Of a stretch of DNA of 64,000 bases, positions 46,609-56,393 are shown piece after piece. The notes beneath the pieces are model-generated. The model searched no databases and had not been told where the DNA came from. It saw nothing but the letters and a program-made list of their open reading frames with translations. The DNA is from Candidatus Gastranaerophilales bacterium (GTDB taxonomy: Bacteria > Cyanobacteriota > Vampirovibrionia > Gastranaerophilales > Gastranaerophilaceae), in assembly GCA_944324215.1 (NCBI GenBank), contig CALUVP010000140.1:139-64138 (forward strand). The letters run 5' to 3'. Numbering within the stretch: position 1 is the first letter of the stretch; every line of letters begins with the position of its first letter. The position numbers and the translations under genes are program-made.

Positions 46609-46790
46609 CCTTTCTTATCGGTTGGCATTGGTTTTGCCTACTCATTTGTTTTAGTCATTCCCTGCCAACCTCTCCTGTTTTTCGCTCCCAACTGGTTGCC
46701 CTTTCTTATCGGTTGGCATCGGTCTTGCCTATTCGTTTATTTTCGTCATTCCCTGCCAACCTCGGCAGCTTTTGTTCATGATTGGCTAAC
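46609..46790 (-). repeat. Two diverged 91-bp units of the same repeat upstream of fliP
   Basis: Units at 46609 and 46700, both with GGTTGGCA-N35-TGCCAACCTC. Confidence 0.85.
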
Positions 46791-46801
46791 CTTGGATAAA
46801 T

Positions 46802-47278
46802 TTACCCCTGCATCTTAGAAGCTAAGTTCTTTATAACTGAAGTATATGAACTCTCACCTCTATTGCTTAGCAAGCTCGAATGTATACCGATATTTGTTTT
46901 ATCCATATATTTCGATTTCGGTAAGCTTGCCATAGTATCCTTAAAGCTCTTTTGTGCAAATGTTTCTACATTTGTTTCAAAATTATGATTCTCCTTTTCA
47001 GTAATCTTAATTTCAGGCTCAACCTTATGCCCATTTTCCAATTTGGAAATTAATGTTGTTTTGTCTGCATCACCTGCAATTAAAAAATTTTCTCTTCCTG
47101 TTGATACAACATAAAGAGTTTTTCTCGGAGCTATTGTCAGTGAATCTATAATTTTCAAATATTTCGATTTACATCCACCTCCCCCAAATGCACTGGAGTT
47201 TTTGAATACCAAAAGCGCAATTGCAATAACACCTATCATTGCAAGCGTATATACCATAAAATTTGTTAAATATCCCAT
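46802..47278 (-). CDS. fliO: FliO-like protein
   Basis: One TM segment, then LKIIDSLTIAPRKTLYVV...FLIA; position before fliP. Confidence 0.75.
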   Translation of the reverse strand: MGYLTNFMVYTLAMIGVIAIALLVFKNSSAFGGGGCKSKYLKIIDSLTIAPRKTLYVVSTGRENFLIAGDADKTTLISKLENGHKVEPEIKITEKENHNFETNVETFAQKSFKDTMASLPKSKYMDKTNIGIHSSLLSNRGESSYTSVIKNLASKMQG

Positions 47279-47324
47279 AACACTACCCTCTATTCTTATT
47301 TAACTTTATTTTTCACAAAGTCAA

Positions 47325-48431
47325 TTATTCTTGATTTTCAACCTCAAAATCACTGTAATCAAAGTCATCGGTTTTGGAATTTTCAGAAGTTTCATCAACA
47401 ACCGAACTTTCTGATGATTCTGAATTATTCACAGCAGGAGTTGATGAATCATTAACTTTTTCTATTCTTACCCCAAATCTGTCATTTATGATAACAAGTT
47501 CACCTATAGCAACAGTTTTACTACCGACTTTTAATGAAACTTTGTTGTCATATACAGAACACAAGTCCACTATCAAGCCTTCTTCTATACTTTTTAGTTC
47601 TCCCAAAGTAACTTTTACTTTATCAAATTCTGCAGTCATATCAACTTGAATACTATCCCATAAGTTAGTATTTTTATCATTGTTATCCATACTATCTCCT
47701 TCGCCAGCTTCATATGGCTCTATAATTTTTATATTTGGTTTTATTTCAAACTTTTGTACTATATTATTACAGATCAAAGTCATTTCAGAGGAATTACTAT
47801 CTTCGAAAACTACAATATCACCCACATCTAATTTTTTAATATCTGCAACAGGAAAAGTAGTTTTGCCAAGTAAAAAATTAACCTCTACCAGACTATCCGA
47901 AAAATAACTATCATCAAATCTCATTTCTTTTGATTCCAGTTCTTGTGGTAAAAGAATTTCTCTGGGTACTGAAATAATAAATTTGGCTGCACTATCAGAA
48001 ATTTCACTTTTTACAAAATATGTCAAATGCAAAATTTCTGTATAACGTCGATGCGGCTCTATTGTAAAATTTGGAGCAAGTGTTTCATACAAAAAATCAT
48101 TAAATGCAGTTATAATTCTAGCCTCTAATTCGGTAACTTCAGTCAAATCAAATCTTCTGTTATTTTTGCCCAAAACCTTATCTAAAATTACATTTATTGC
48201 ATCCTGCGAAATCCTTATGTATACATCGTTTTTGGAATTAATTTTAACTTTGGTTACAAAGAATGTTTCATTCTGAGAAAGCACATTCATGTTTGTACTA
48301 ATTGATGCAAGCTTGTATTCAAATCCATCAAAAAAGAATTCACTACTGCAATTTCTTACAACCGGCGTGAAAACTGAGTCAAACCAAGCAAATTGTTTAT
48401 ATAATTCATCAAAAAATACCGAATTTATCAT
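47325..48431 (-). CDS. FliM/FliN-family C-ring protein with two SpoA domains
   Basis: LGKTTF...IKKLDVGDIV and GELVIINDRFGVRI. Confidence 0.8.
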   Translation of the reverse strand: MINSVFFDELYKQFAWFDSVFTPVVRNCSSEFFFDGFEYKLASISTNMNVLSQNETFFVTKVKINSKNDVYIRISQDAINVILDKVLGKNNRRFDLTEVTELEARIITAFNDFLYETLAPNFTIEPHRRYTEILHLTYFVKSEISDSAAKFIISVPREILLPQELESKEMRFDDSYFSDSLVEVNFLLGKTTFPVADIKKLDVGDIVVFEDSNSSEMTLICNNIVQKFEIKPNIKIIEPYEAGEGDSMDNNDKNTNLWDSIQVDMTAEFDKVKVTLGELKSIEEGLIVDLCSVYDNKVSLKVGSKTVAIGELVIINDRFGVRIEKVNDSSTPAVNNSESSESSVVDETSENSKTDDFDYSDFEVENQE

Positions 48432-48523
48432 ACAATCCCTAACGAATATACCTACCTTCCCGTATTTATAGTACAGGATTTAGAGAAATAGTACATCAAC
48501 TATTTAGAGGATGTATGCTCACA

Positions 48524-49537
48524 TTAAATAATTTCTTTTCCTACAATTGGCGCAATTTGTTTAATTTGTTTATATAACAAATCATACTGCCAAGGATAAA
48601 GAGATTGAGCGCCATCACAAACGGCTCTATCCGGATCATAATGAACTTCTATTATTAAACCGTCACAGCCTGCTGCAACAGCGGCTCTTGACATAGGTTC
48701 AACCTTATCTCTTAGACCAGTTGCGTGTGATGGATCAATAATAATCGGTAAATGGCTTAATTTTTTTATTACAGGAATAGAAGTTAAATCAAGTGTATTT
48801 CTTGTATATTTCTCAAAAGTTCTTATACCTCTTTCGCACAAAATAACCTGATTGTTGCCTCCCGCCATAATATATTCGGCAGACATTAACCATTCTTCAT
48901 ATGTAGAAGATAAACCTCTTTTTAAAATAACAGGTTTATGTGCGCGTCCGAGTTCTTTTAAGAGGTTAAAATTTTGCATATTCCTTGCTCCAACCTGAAG
49001 AATATCAACATACTTTTCAAATATTTCAAGTTGTGAACTTTCCATTATTTCAGAAGTTACAGCCATTCCGTGATTATCTGCAACACTTCTTATAATTTTC
49101 AAACCTTCTTCACCCAAGCCTTGAAAAGCATAAGGACTTGTTCTTGGCTTAAATGCACCGCCTCTTATTATTTTAACATTTGATTCTGCTAGTTCTTGAG
49201 CAGTCTCATCCATCTGGTCGTAAGAGTCAATCGTGCAAGGTCCTGCAATTAAGCCTGTATATTTGTCGCCAAACTTTACTCCGTTAACTTCTACAACAGT
49301 ATCTTTACCCTGACAAGCACGTGCTGCAAGTTTATAATTTGTTGATAATCTGATAACTTCGTCGACACCATGGAGAAGTTCAAAATCCCTTTGATCAAAA
49401 TCTTTAACACCTATTGCGTGAACCACTGTTCTTGCTTCGCCGTGAGAAACACGAGCTTCAAAGCCTTTTGATTCTATAAACATTTCTACACGCTTTATGT
49501 CTTTTTCCGTTGCGTGACTATTCATTACGACTAGCAT
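48524..49537 (-). CDS. aroF: DAHP synthase type I-beta
   Basis: IAGPC, RGGAFKPRTSPY, GARNMQN, CERGIRTFE, DPSH. Confidence 0.93.
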   Translation of the reverse strand: MLVVMNSHATEKDIKRVEMFIESKGFEARVSHGEARTVVHAIGVKDFDQRDFELLHGVDEVIRLSTNYKLAARACQGKDTVVEVNGVKFGDKYTGLIAGPCTIDSYDQMDETAQELAESNVKIIRGGAFKPRTSPYAFQGLGEEGLKIIRSVADNHGMAVTSEIMESSQLEIFEKYVDILQVGARNMQNFNLLKELGRAHKPVILKRGLSSTYEEWLMSAEYIMAGGNNQVILCERGIRTFEKYTRNTLDLTSIPVIKKLSHLPIIIDPSHATGLRDKVEPMSRAAVAAGCDGLIIEVHYDPDRAVCDGAQSLYPWQYDLLYKQIKQIAPIVGKEII

Positions 49538-49626
49538 TAATTTCATACCTCCGGTAAGTTCTATTATATATAAAAAAGAGTATAAATGTTTAAAATTTTT
49601 ACATTACGTGATATAATTCTCTCGTA

Positions 49627-50994
49627 ATGACAATATTTGATGAGAGTTTAATTTTAGAAACCATAAATATGATTAAGCTTCACAACTTTGATATAAGGAC
49701 TGTGACGCTTACCGTAAGCTTGCGAGACTGTTTGTCAGAAGATGTGAATTCTGTTTGCGACAAAATCAAGTATAAACTTGATAAATATGCTAAAAATCTT
49801 GTTAAATACGCAAATGATATTGAAAACGACTATTCTATTCCAATAGTTAACAAACGTATTGCAGTAACTCCAATTTCTTTAATTGGAGAATCTTGCAAAG
49901 ATAAAGATTACATAAAAATTGCTAAAACTCTTGATAACTGTGCACTAAATTTGGGAATAGATTTTATTGGCGGGTTTTCAGCACTTGTTGAAAAAGGTTT
50001 TACGCAAGGTGATACTGCATTAATTGAAGCTATACCTGAGGCTTTAGCAACAACTCAAAGACTTTGTTCATCTGTAAACGTTGCAAGCTCAAAAGCCGGA
50101 ATTAATATGGATGCGGTTCTAAAGATGGCAGAGATTATCAAAAAATCCGCTCAACTTACTGCGGATAAGGATGGTTTAGGTGCGGCTAAACTTGTCGTAT
50201 TTTGTAATTCTGTCAGTGATAATCCGTTTATGGCAGGCGCTTATTGTGGATATGGAGAACCTGAATGTGCCTTAAATATTGGAGTGTCAGGTCCGGGTGT
50301 TGTAAGAGCTGCTATCAGTGATTTATCAAAAAATGCAGATATGGGTGTTCTTGCAAATAAAATTAAGCAAACAGCTTATAAAATTACAACTACAGGTGAG
50401 CTGGTCGGAAGAAAATTGGCAGATAAACTTAATATTCCGTTCGGGGTAATTGATTTATCTTTAGCTCCGACTCCTGCTATCGGCGATAGTGTTGCTCAAA
50501 TTTTTCAAGCTATGGGACTTGAACACGCAGGCGCTCACGGTACTACTGCTGCACTTGCGATGCTTAATGATGCTGTTAAAAAAGGCGGTATTATGGCAAG
50601 CTCCTATGTAGGTGGGCTTTCTGGTGCTTTTATTCCTGTATCTGAAGATGCAGGAATGATTGAGGCGGCAAAAAAAGGGTATTTGACTTTTGATAAATTA
50701 GAAGCTATGACTTGCGTGTGCTCCGTAGGGCTTGATATGATTGCAATTCCTGGAAATACTCCATCATCTACGATTGCAGGTATGATTGCTGATGAGATGG
50801 CAATTGGAATGATTAATAAAAAAACTACGGCTGTTAGAATTATTCCGGCTCCAAATAAAACTGCTGGTGATAAGGTTGTTTTTGGAGGACTTCTAGGTGA
50901 AGCTCCTATTATGAAAGTTAACGGACTTTCATCGGAAAATTTTGTAAAAAGAGGTGGAAGAATTCCTGCTCCTATTCATAGTTTAAATAATTAA
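49627..50994 (+). CDS. UPF0210 / DUF711 (PFL-like) family protein
   Basis: [34 protein letters not shown]. Confidence 0.9.
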   Translation: MTIFDESLILETINMIKLHNFDIRTVTLTVSLRDCLSEDVNSVCDKIKYKLDKYAKNLVKYANDIENDYSIPIVNKRIAVTPISLIGESCKDKDYIKIAKTLDNCALNLGIDFIGGFSALVEKGFTQGDTALIEAIPEALATTQRLCSSVNVASSKAGINMDAVLKMAEIIKKSAQLTADKDGLGAAKLVVFCNSVSDNPFMAGAYCGYGEPECALNIGVSGPGVVRAAISDLSKNADMGVLANKIKQTAYKITTTGELVGRKLADKLNIPFGVIDLSLAPTPAIGDSVAQIFQAMGLEHAGAHGTTAALAMLNDAVKKGGIMASSYVGGLSGAFIPVSEDAGMIEAAKKGYLTFDKLEAMTCVCSVGLDMIAIPGNTPSSTIAGMIADEMAIGMINKKTTAVRIIPAPNKTAGDKVVFGGLLGEAPIMKVNGLSSENFVKRGGRIPAPIHSLNN

Positions 50995-51007
50995 TAGAAA
51001 AAGTTTT

Positions 51008-51322
51008 ATGGCTACATACAAGGACTTAGAAGACAGTTTAAAAAAGTTTATGCTGGAAGAACAATCAGACGCTCACAATGTAAGAGGCGTTAATGTTGCT
51101 AAATACAATAATATGAAAATTTATATGGATCCTGCAAAATATTCTGATGCCCATTTTATTGTCAGAATTACGATATCTGAAGCAGCCTTTTCTCTTGCCG
51201 ATTGTTCAAAATTAAATGGTGGTTTAGGGTACGAGGAAAGATTTGTAATTAAATGGTTTGGAAGAATGGGGATAAAGGAAAAATTAAAAGAACTTTGGAG
51301 TAATGCAGAAAAAGAAAATTAG
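51008..51322 (+). CDS. Hypothetical protein
   Basis: ORF in operon context. Confidence 0.7.
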   Translation: MATYKDLEDSLKKFMLEEQSDAHNVRGVNVAKYNNMKIYMDPAKYSDAHFIVRITISEAAFSLADCSKLNGGLGYEERFVIKWFGRMGIKEKLKELWSNAEKEN

Positions 51323-51340
51323 CGTATGTAATGGTGAAAA

Positions 51341-51685
51341 ATGCAATATAAAGATTTGGCTATAAATCCTGTAAGTGTCGTTTTACAACTTGTTGGTGCA
51401 AAATGGAAAATCCTAATTATAAAAGAGCTTTTAGTTAAGGAATTGCGTTTTGTAGAACTAAAAAAGAAACTGGGCTGTACAGCAAAAGTTTTAACTAATT
51501 GTCTCAAGGAACTTGAAGAAGATGGACTTGTTGTTAGAGAAGAAGATTATAATAGCTCTCAGCTTAAAGTTGAGTATTATCTCACCGATATTGGTTATAC
51601 ACTTAGACCTGTAATTGAGTCTATGCAGAAATGGGGAAAAGAGTATAAAAAATTACGCAAGCTTATGGAGAAAGTAAACCGCTAA
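51341..51685 (+). CDS. HxlR family winged-helix regulator
   Basis: GAKWKILI, LKELEEDGLV, KVEYYLT. Confidence 0.88.
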   Translation: MQYKDLAINPVSVVLQLVGAKWKILIIKELLVKELRFVELKKKLGCTAKVLTNCLKELEEDGLVVREEDYNSSQLKVEYYLTDIGYTLRPVIESMQKWGKEYKKLRKLMEKVNR

Positions 51686-52772
51686 ATCTTTCTCCATCTT
51701 CTAACATATAATAAGTTTCTTCAGGACTTAACTTAACTTCTTTTACCTTTTTCTTTGAAATAGGGATGATAAAAGTAATTTTTCCATCTGAAGCTTTTTT
51801 ATCTTTTTTCATAATTTCTATTAGCTTTTCATTAGAATATACTTTGTTTAAAGTCCTAAATCCATATTTTTCAAGTAACTCTATTGACAGTCTATAATAA
51901 GAATACGTTATATATTCGTGTTTATAAGCCCAATTGATAATAAAAAACATCCCGTAAACTACTGCTTCTCCGTGAGTATATTTTTTATATTTTGTTATTG
52001 TTTCCAAAGCATGAGCAAGAGTATGACCAAAGTTAAGTACTTTTCTTAATCCGCCTTCTTTTTCATCCTGATTAACTACAGCGGTTTTTAAATTCAGACA
52101 ATATTCAATCATTCTAATTATCGTAAGTGGTTCTTTTTGAAGAATTTTTTCAGAACCAAGCGTTAGAAACTCGTATAAATAAAGAGGAGTTTCAAAACCG
52201 CAATTTTCTTCTATAAAAGCATACTTTAACACCTCTCCTAATCCAGATAAAAACTGTCTTTTATCAAGTGTGTTTAAAAATTTTATATTAATAAAAACAG
52301 CTTTGGGTTGATAAAACGTGCCAATAATATTTTTAGCCCCTTCTAAATCTATTGCGGTTTTACCGCCTACTGAAGAATCTACCATGGATAAAAGTGTTGT
52401 CGGAACTTGAATATAATCAATTCCTCTCATATAAGTAGAAGCTGCAAAACCTGTTATATCACCGACTACACCACCACCTATTGCTACCATTATATCTTTT
52501 CTGGTCAATCCAAGTTCCGATGCTCGATTTATTATCTTCAAGTAGTTTTTATAATTCTTTTCTTGCTCACCATCTTTTAAAACGAAAAGCTCGTCCTCTG
52601 AAAAATCAAATTTGTTATAATACAAATCATAAACTTTCTTAGAAATCACAATTAATCTTTTTTGACCTCTTGTCGCATCATTAATTTCTTGGTTAAGTTT
52701 ATTAAAACTATTATCTGAAATCTCTATAGAATATTCTTTTTCGTTTGTTTTAATGCTAAGAACTTGTCTCAT
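51663..52772 (-). CDS. aroB: 3-dehydroquinate synthase
   Basis: GGGVVGD, PTTLLSMVDSSVGGK, LNFGHT, HGEAV. Confidence 0.95.
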   Translation of the reverse strand: MRQVLSIKTNEKEYSIEISDNSFNKLNQEINDATRGQKRLIVISKKVYDLYYNKFDFSEDELFVLKDGEQEKNYKNYLKIINRASELGLTRKDIMVAIGGGVVGDITGFAASTYMRGIDYIQVPTTLLSMVDSSVGGKTAIDLEGAKNIIGTFYQPKAVFINIKFLNTLDKRQFLSGLGEVLKYAFIEENCGFETPLYLYEFLTLGSEKILQKEPLTIIRMIEYCLNLKTAVVNQDEKEGGLRKVLNFGHTLAHALETITKYKKYTHGEAVVYGMFFIINWAYKHEYITYSYYRLSIELLEKYGFRTLNKVYSNEKLIEIMKKDKKASDGKITFIIPISKKKVKEVKLSPEETYYMLEDGERFSGLLSP

Positions 52773-53265
52773 TTAATATAAATCCTATAATTTCATCTTC
52801 ACTTAAAGAATTTGTATCGATTATGCAATGCGCCTTCCTATAATTTTCTTCTCGCTTTTTGAGCATATTTTCAAGTATTTTAAGTGGATTTTCGTTTTGC
52901 AAAAGTGGTCTTGTTGAATCTTCTTTGAGCCTGTCATAAAGTATATCAAGACTGGACTTCAAATAAAATACCTTCCCAAAATTTAATAAAGTCACTCTGT
53001 TATCAGGATTTTCAAAAGCGCCTCCTCCTGTTGATATAACTCTATTACTTCCATTGCAAACCATTTTTATTGTATCATATTCTAATTTTCTAAAATAATC
53101 TTCTGAATACTTTGCAAATATTTCACTAATTTTCATTCCGGCAGTTTTTTCAACTACACTATCTATATCAATATGAACATAATTCGGAAGTTTGGAAGCT
53201 AAAAGCGCACCGATTGTAGTTTTACCGCAAGCAGGCATGCCAATTAGAATAATATTATTCACCAT
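52756..53265 (-). CDS. aroK: Shikimate kinase
   Basis: GMPACGKT, FRKLE, STGGG, RPLL. Confidence 0.93.
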   Translation of the reverse strand: MVNNIILIGMPACGKTTIGALLASKLPNYVHIDIDSVVEKTAGMKISEIFAKYSEDYFRKLEYDTIKMVCNGSNRVISTGGGAFENPDNRVTLLNFGKVFYLKSSLDILYDRLKEDSTRPLLQNENPLKILENMLKKREENYRKAHCIIDTNSLSEDEIIGFILNETSS

Positions 53266-54418
53266 AATGAGCTTTCATCTCCACAAAATTATCTCCGCCA
53301 ATTTTAGAAAGAATTTCATCAACAAGTATAATTGCAACTCTTGCTTCTGCAACAACTGCACACGCAGGAACCGCACAAGTATCTGAACGCTCAAAATGAG
53401 CACTTGCAGGACTTATATCTTTTATATCTACAGTTGCTAGGGCTTTCCTCATAGTCGGTATAGCCTTCATTGTTCCTTTTATAACCAGAGCTTCTCCATT
53501 TGTCATACCGCCTTCAAGCCCGCCTGCATTATTTGTTTGACGATATATTGTCTTGTTTTTAACAAAAATCTCATCATGCATTTGAGAACCCTTTAGAGAA
53601 GCAGCATCTACTCCGGCACCAATCTCTACTGCCTTAACTGCAGGAATACTCATTACTGCTTGCGCCAAACGTCCATCTAAAGCTCTGTCCCAATGTACGT
53701 AAGAGCCTAAACCTATAGGTAAATTCCCAAATATAACTTCAAATTTTCCGCCCAAAGTATCTCCTGCTTGAGCAGCTTCATCTATTGCATTTCGCATCCT
53801 GTCAGCAGTCAAATCATCTGCACACCTTACGTCTGATTTTTCTGCTTTTTCTTTTATTAGTGTATATGTCTTTGGGTAAAAATCCAATTTAACATTTCCA
53901 ATTTGCACAACATGAGAAAATCCCATTATGCCAAATTCCTTCAAAATTTGCTTAGCAACAGAGCCTACAGCAACCTCTATTGCCGTTTTTCTGGCACTTG
54001 AACGCTCTAATACATCTCTTAAATCCGTAAAATTATATTTTACTGAACCTGCATAATCAGCATGCCCAGGACGAACTGTAGTAAAAGATTTCGCTTCAAT
54101 TTTTTTTAAGGTCTCTTGTGCAGGATAATCCTGATGCTCAACATTCATAGCCTCCTGCCAGTTTTCAAGATCTTTGTTTTTAATTTCAAGACATATAGGC
54201 GCACCGGTTGATTTACCAAACCTTACGCCCGATTTTATCTCAACGGTATCCGTTTCTATTTTCATGCGTCCGCCACGACCATATCCGACCTGACGCCTTG
54301 CTAAGTCTTCATTTATGACGGATGCTTTAATCCGAAAGCCTGCTGGAACACCTTCTATAATGGCATTTAAGCATTTACCGTGACTTTCTCCTGATGTTAA
54401 AAATCTGAATTTTTCCAT
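53255..54418 (-). CDS. aroC: Chorismate synthase
   Basis: SGESHG, RPGHAD, ERSSAR, NNAGGLEGG. Confidence 0.95.
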   Translation of the reverse strand: MEKFRFLTSGESHGKCLNAIIEGVPAGFRIKASVINEDLARRQVGYGRGGRMKIETDTVEIKSGVRFGKSTGAPICLEIKNKDLENWQEAMNVEHQDYPAQETLKKIEAKSFTTVRPGHADYAGSVKYNFTDLRDVLERSSARKTAIEVAVGSVAKQILKEFGIMGFSHVVQIGNVKLDFYPKTYTLIKEKAEKSDVRCADDLTADRMRNAIDEAAQAGDTLGGKFEVIFGNLPIGLGSYVHWDRALDGRLAQAVMSIPAVKAVEIGAGVDAASLKGSQMHDEIFVKNKTIYRQTNNAGGLEGGMTNGEALVIKGTMKAIPTMRKALATVDIKDISPASAHFERSDTCAVPACAVVAEARVAIILVDEILSKIGGDNFVEMKAHYGE

Positions 54419-54434
54419 GCCATTATTATACAAC

Positions 54435-54466
54435 AAAAAAAGACGCCCATCTTGGGGCGCCTTTTT
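54435..54466. terminator. Probable terminator
   Basis: AAAAAAGACGCCC...GGGCGCCTTTTT. Confidence 0.6.
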
Positions 54467-54474
54467 GATAAATA

Positions 54475-54801
54475 TTACAAATCTCTTACACTTGGAGATT
54501 GATGTATATCGTGGTGATATCTCTCCTCACTATCTACAGCAGGATCTAAGTATGAATAACAATTTTTCAAAAATCTTACAAATTTGTTGTTATTCTTCTG
54601 CTCATATAAAGGCTCACAAGGCTCACCAGCTATACGTTTTTTCTGAATCAAAACTTGCTCTGCACCTGCTTCTGAATATCCATTGTTAATAAGATATTCT
54701 GCATCTGTCTGTTGAGCAGGAGTAATATCCGCTCTTACACTAATACATAAAGCTGTAAATAAAGCTAATACTAAAAATAAATTTCTTCTCATAACACCCA
54801 T
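54475..54801 (-). CDS. Exported hypothetical protein
   Basis: Signal peptide ending VRA. Confidence 0.65.
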   Translation of the reverse strand: MGVMRRNLFLVLALFTALCISVRADITPAQQTDAEYLINNGYSEAGAEQVLIQKKRIAGEPCEPLYEQKNNNKFVRFLKNCYSYLDPAVDSEERYHHDIHQSPSVRDL

Positions 54802-54803
54802 TC

Positions 54804-55868
54804 TTATTTAACTGAACTATATGATTCCATTATAATATTTTCTAATGAATTAATCAAGTCGGATTCTGGAACTCTTGCTATAATTTCTCCTTTTTTGAAA
54901 ATATACCCCTCTTTAATAGCACCCGCGATTCCAAAATCAGCATGCTTTGCTTCCCCAGGACCGTTTACAGGACAACCCATTACTGCTATTGTTATAGGTA
55001 AATCAAGATTTTTGAAGCGTTCTTCTACTTGTTTTGCCAAACCTATCAAATCGATTTGGGTTCTTCCGCAAGTCGGGCAAGATATAAAATTAACACCCTT
55101 CTGTCTTAAATTAAGTGCCTTCAGTATACCAAACCCTGCGTGAACTTCCTCTACAGGATTTTCAGTAAGCGAAACTCTTATAGTGTCTCCTATGCCTTCG
55201 CTTAAAAGTGTTCCTAAACCTATTGAGGATTTTATTAATCCTGATTTTAAAGTCCCAGCTTCAGTTACACCCAAATGCAAAGGGTAATTAACTTTCTCTG
55301 CAATAAGTCGATACGCTTCTATTGTTGTCATGACATCGGATGATTTTAATGAAATTTTTGTGTCATAAAAATTCAAATCCTCTAATATCTCCAAATGCCT
55401 CATTGCAGACAAGACCATTTTTTCTGAAAGTGGAATGTCCATTTGAGCAAATTCTTTTTCTAAAGAACCACCATTGATACCTATTCTTATTGGAATACTA
55501 TGAGCTTTAGCAGCTTCTACTACCTTTACGGTGTGCTCTTTTTTACCGATATTTCCAGGATTAATTCGAAGTGCGTGAATACCGTTTTCTATACAAGTAA
55601 GTGCTAAACGGTAATCAAAATGGATGTCGGCAACCAAAGGAACAGGTGATTTCTTTACTATATCTTTTATTGCTGCTGCAGCATCCTTGTTCAAGACCGC
55701 CAGTCTTACTATTTCGCATCCTGCTGAAGCAAGTTCGCTAATTTGATCTAATGTTTTGGCAACATCTCTTGTGTCAGTATTACACATTGACTGAACTGAA
55801 ATCGGTGCATCTCCGCCTATTTTTACGCTGCCTATAGAAATTTGTTTTGATTTTCTTTTGTTTATCAT
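54804..55868 (-). CDS. ispG: (E)-4-hydroxy-3-methylbut-2-enyl-diphosphate synthase
   Basis: VQSM, ADIHF, RINPGN, HLGVTEAG, CPTCGR, MGCPVNGPGE. Confidence 0.96.
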   Translation of the reverse strand: MINKRKSKQISIGSVKIGGDAPISVQSMCNTDTRDVAKTLDQISELASAGCEIVRLAVLNKDAAAAIKDIVKKSPVPLVADIHFDYRLALTCIENGIHALRINPGNIGKKEHTVKVVEAAKAHSIPIRIGINGGSLEKEFAQMDIPLSEKMVLSAMRHLEILEDLNFYDTKISLKSSDVMTTIEAYRLIAEKVNYPLHLGVTEAGTLKSGLIKSSIGLGTLLSEGIGDTIRVSLTENPVEEVHAGFGILKALNLRQKGVNFISCPTCGRTQIDLIGLAKQVEERFKNLDLPITIAVMGCPVNGPGEAKHADFGIAGAIKEGYIFKKGEIIARVPESDLINSLENIIMESYSSVK

Positions 55869-55901
55869 AGTTTTATTATATGACAAAAGCAAAAAATTCG
55901 G

Positions 55902-56057
55902 TTAATTTTCGTTTTCTTTCTCTAACAAATAGATAAAATAATGGATTATTTCCAAATTAGCTTTAGCTTCGCATAACGCTTGAATACCATTATCCAAAAT
56001 ATCAGATAAAACATCCATTCTTCCATATAGTTTTTGTTTCATTTTTTCTTTTTCCAT
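55902..56057 (-). CDS. Small hypothetical protein divergent from the XRE gene
   Basis: ORF with an AGGTG RBS before ATG 56057. Confidence 0.45.
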   Translation of the reverse strand: MEKEKMKQKLYGRMDVLSDILDNGIQALCEAKANLEIIHYFIYLLEKENEN

Positions 56058-56141
56058 TATATTAGCACCTATTATACTAGTTAACATAACTATTTTACTA
56101 AATTGAATAAAGTATGTCAATAGACTAGAATAATAGTTAAT

Positions 56142-56378
56142 ATGACGAGTATGAAAGATTCTTTGAGTAGTAAAATTGGTGTAAAAATAAGACTTTTGAG
56201 GACTAAGAACAAGATTTCACAAGAAAGTTTAGCTTTTATGTCAGGTTTGAACAAAAATTCTATTGGGGCAATAGAGCGTGGTGAAAGTTCTCCTACGGTA
56301 GATACTTTAGATAAAATAGCAAAGGCTTTGGGAATGAGTCTGGTGGAATTGATTGATGTTTCAAAAGTAGATTTATAA
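56142..56378 (+). CDS. XRE family HTH regulator
   Basis: ISQESLA...IGAIERGESSPTVDTL. Confidence 0.88.
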   Translation: MTSMKDSLSSKIGVKIRLLRTKNKISQESLAFMSGLNKNSIGAIERGESSPTVDTLDKIAKALGMSLVELIDVSKVDL

Positions 56379-56393
56379 AAAAGGGGATAAAAA

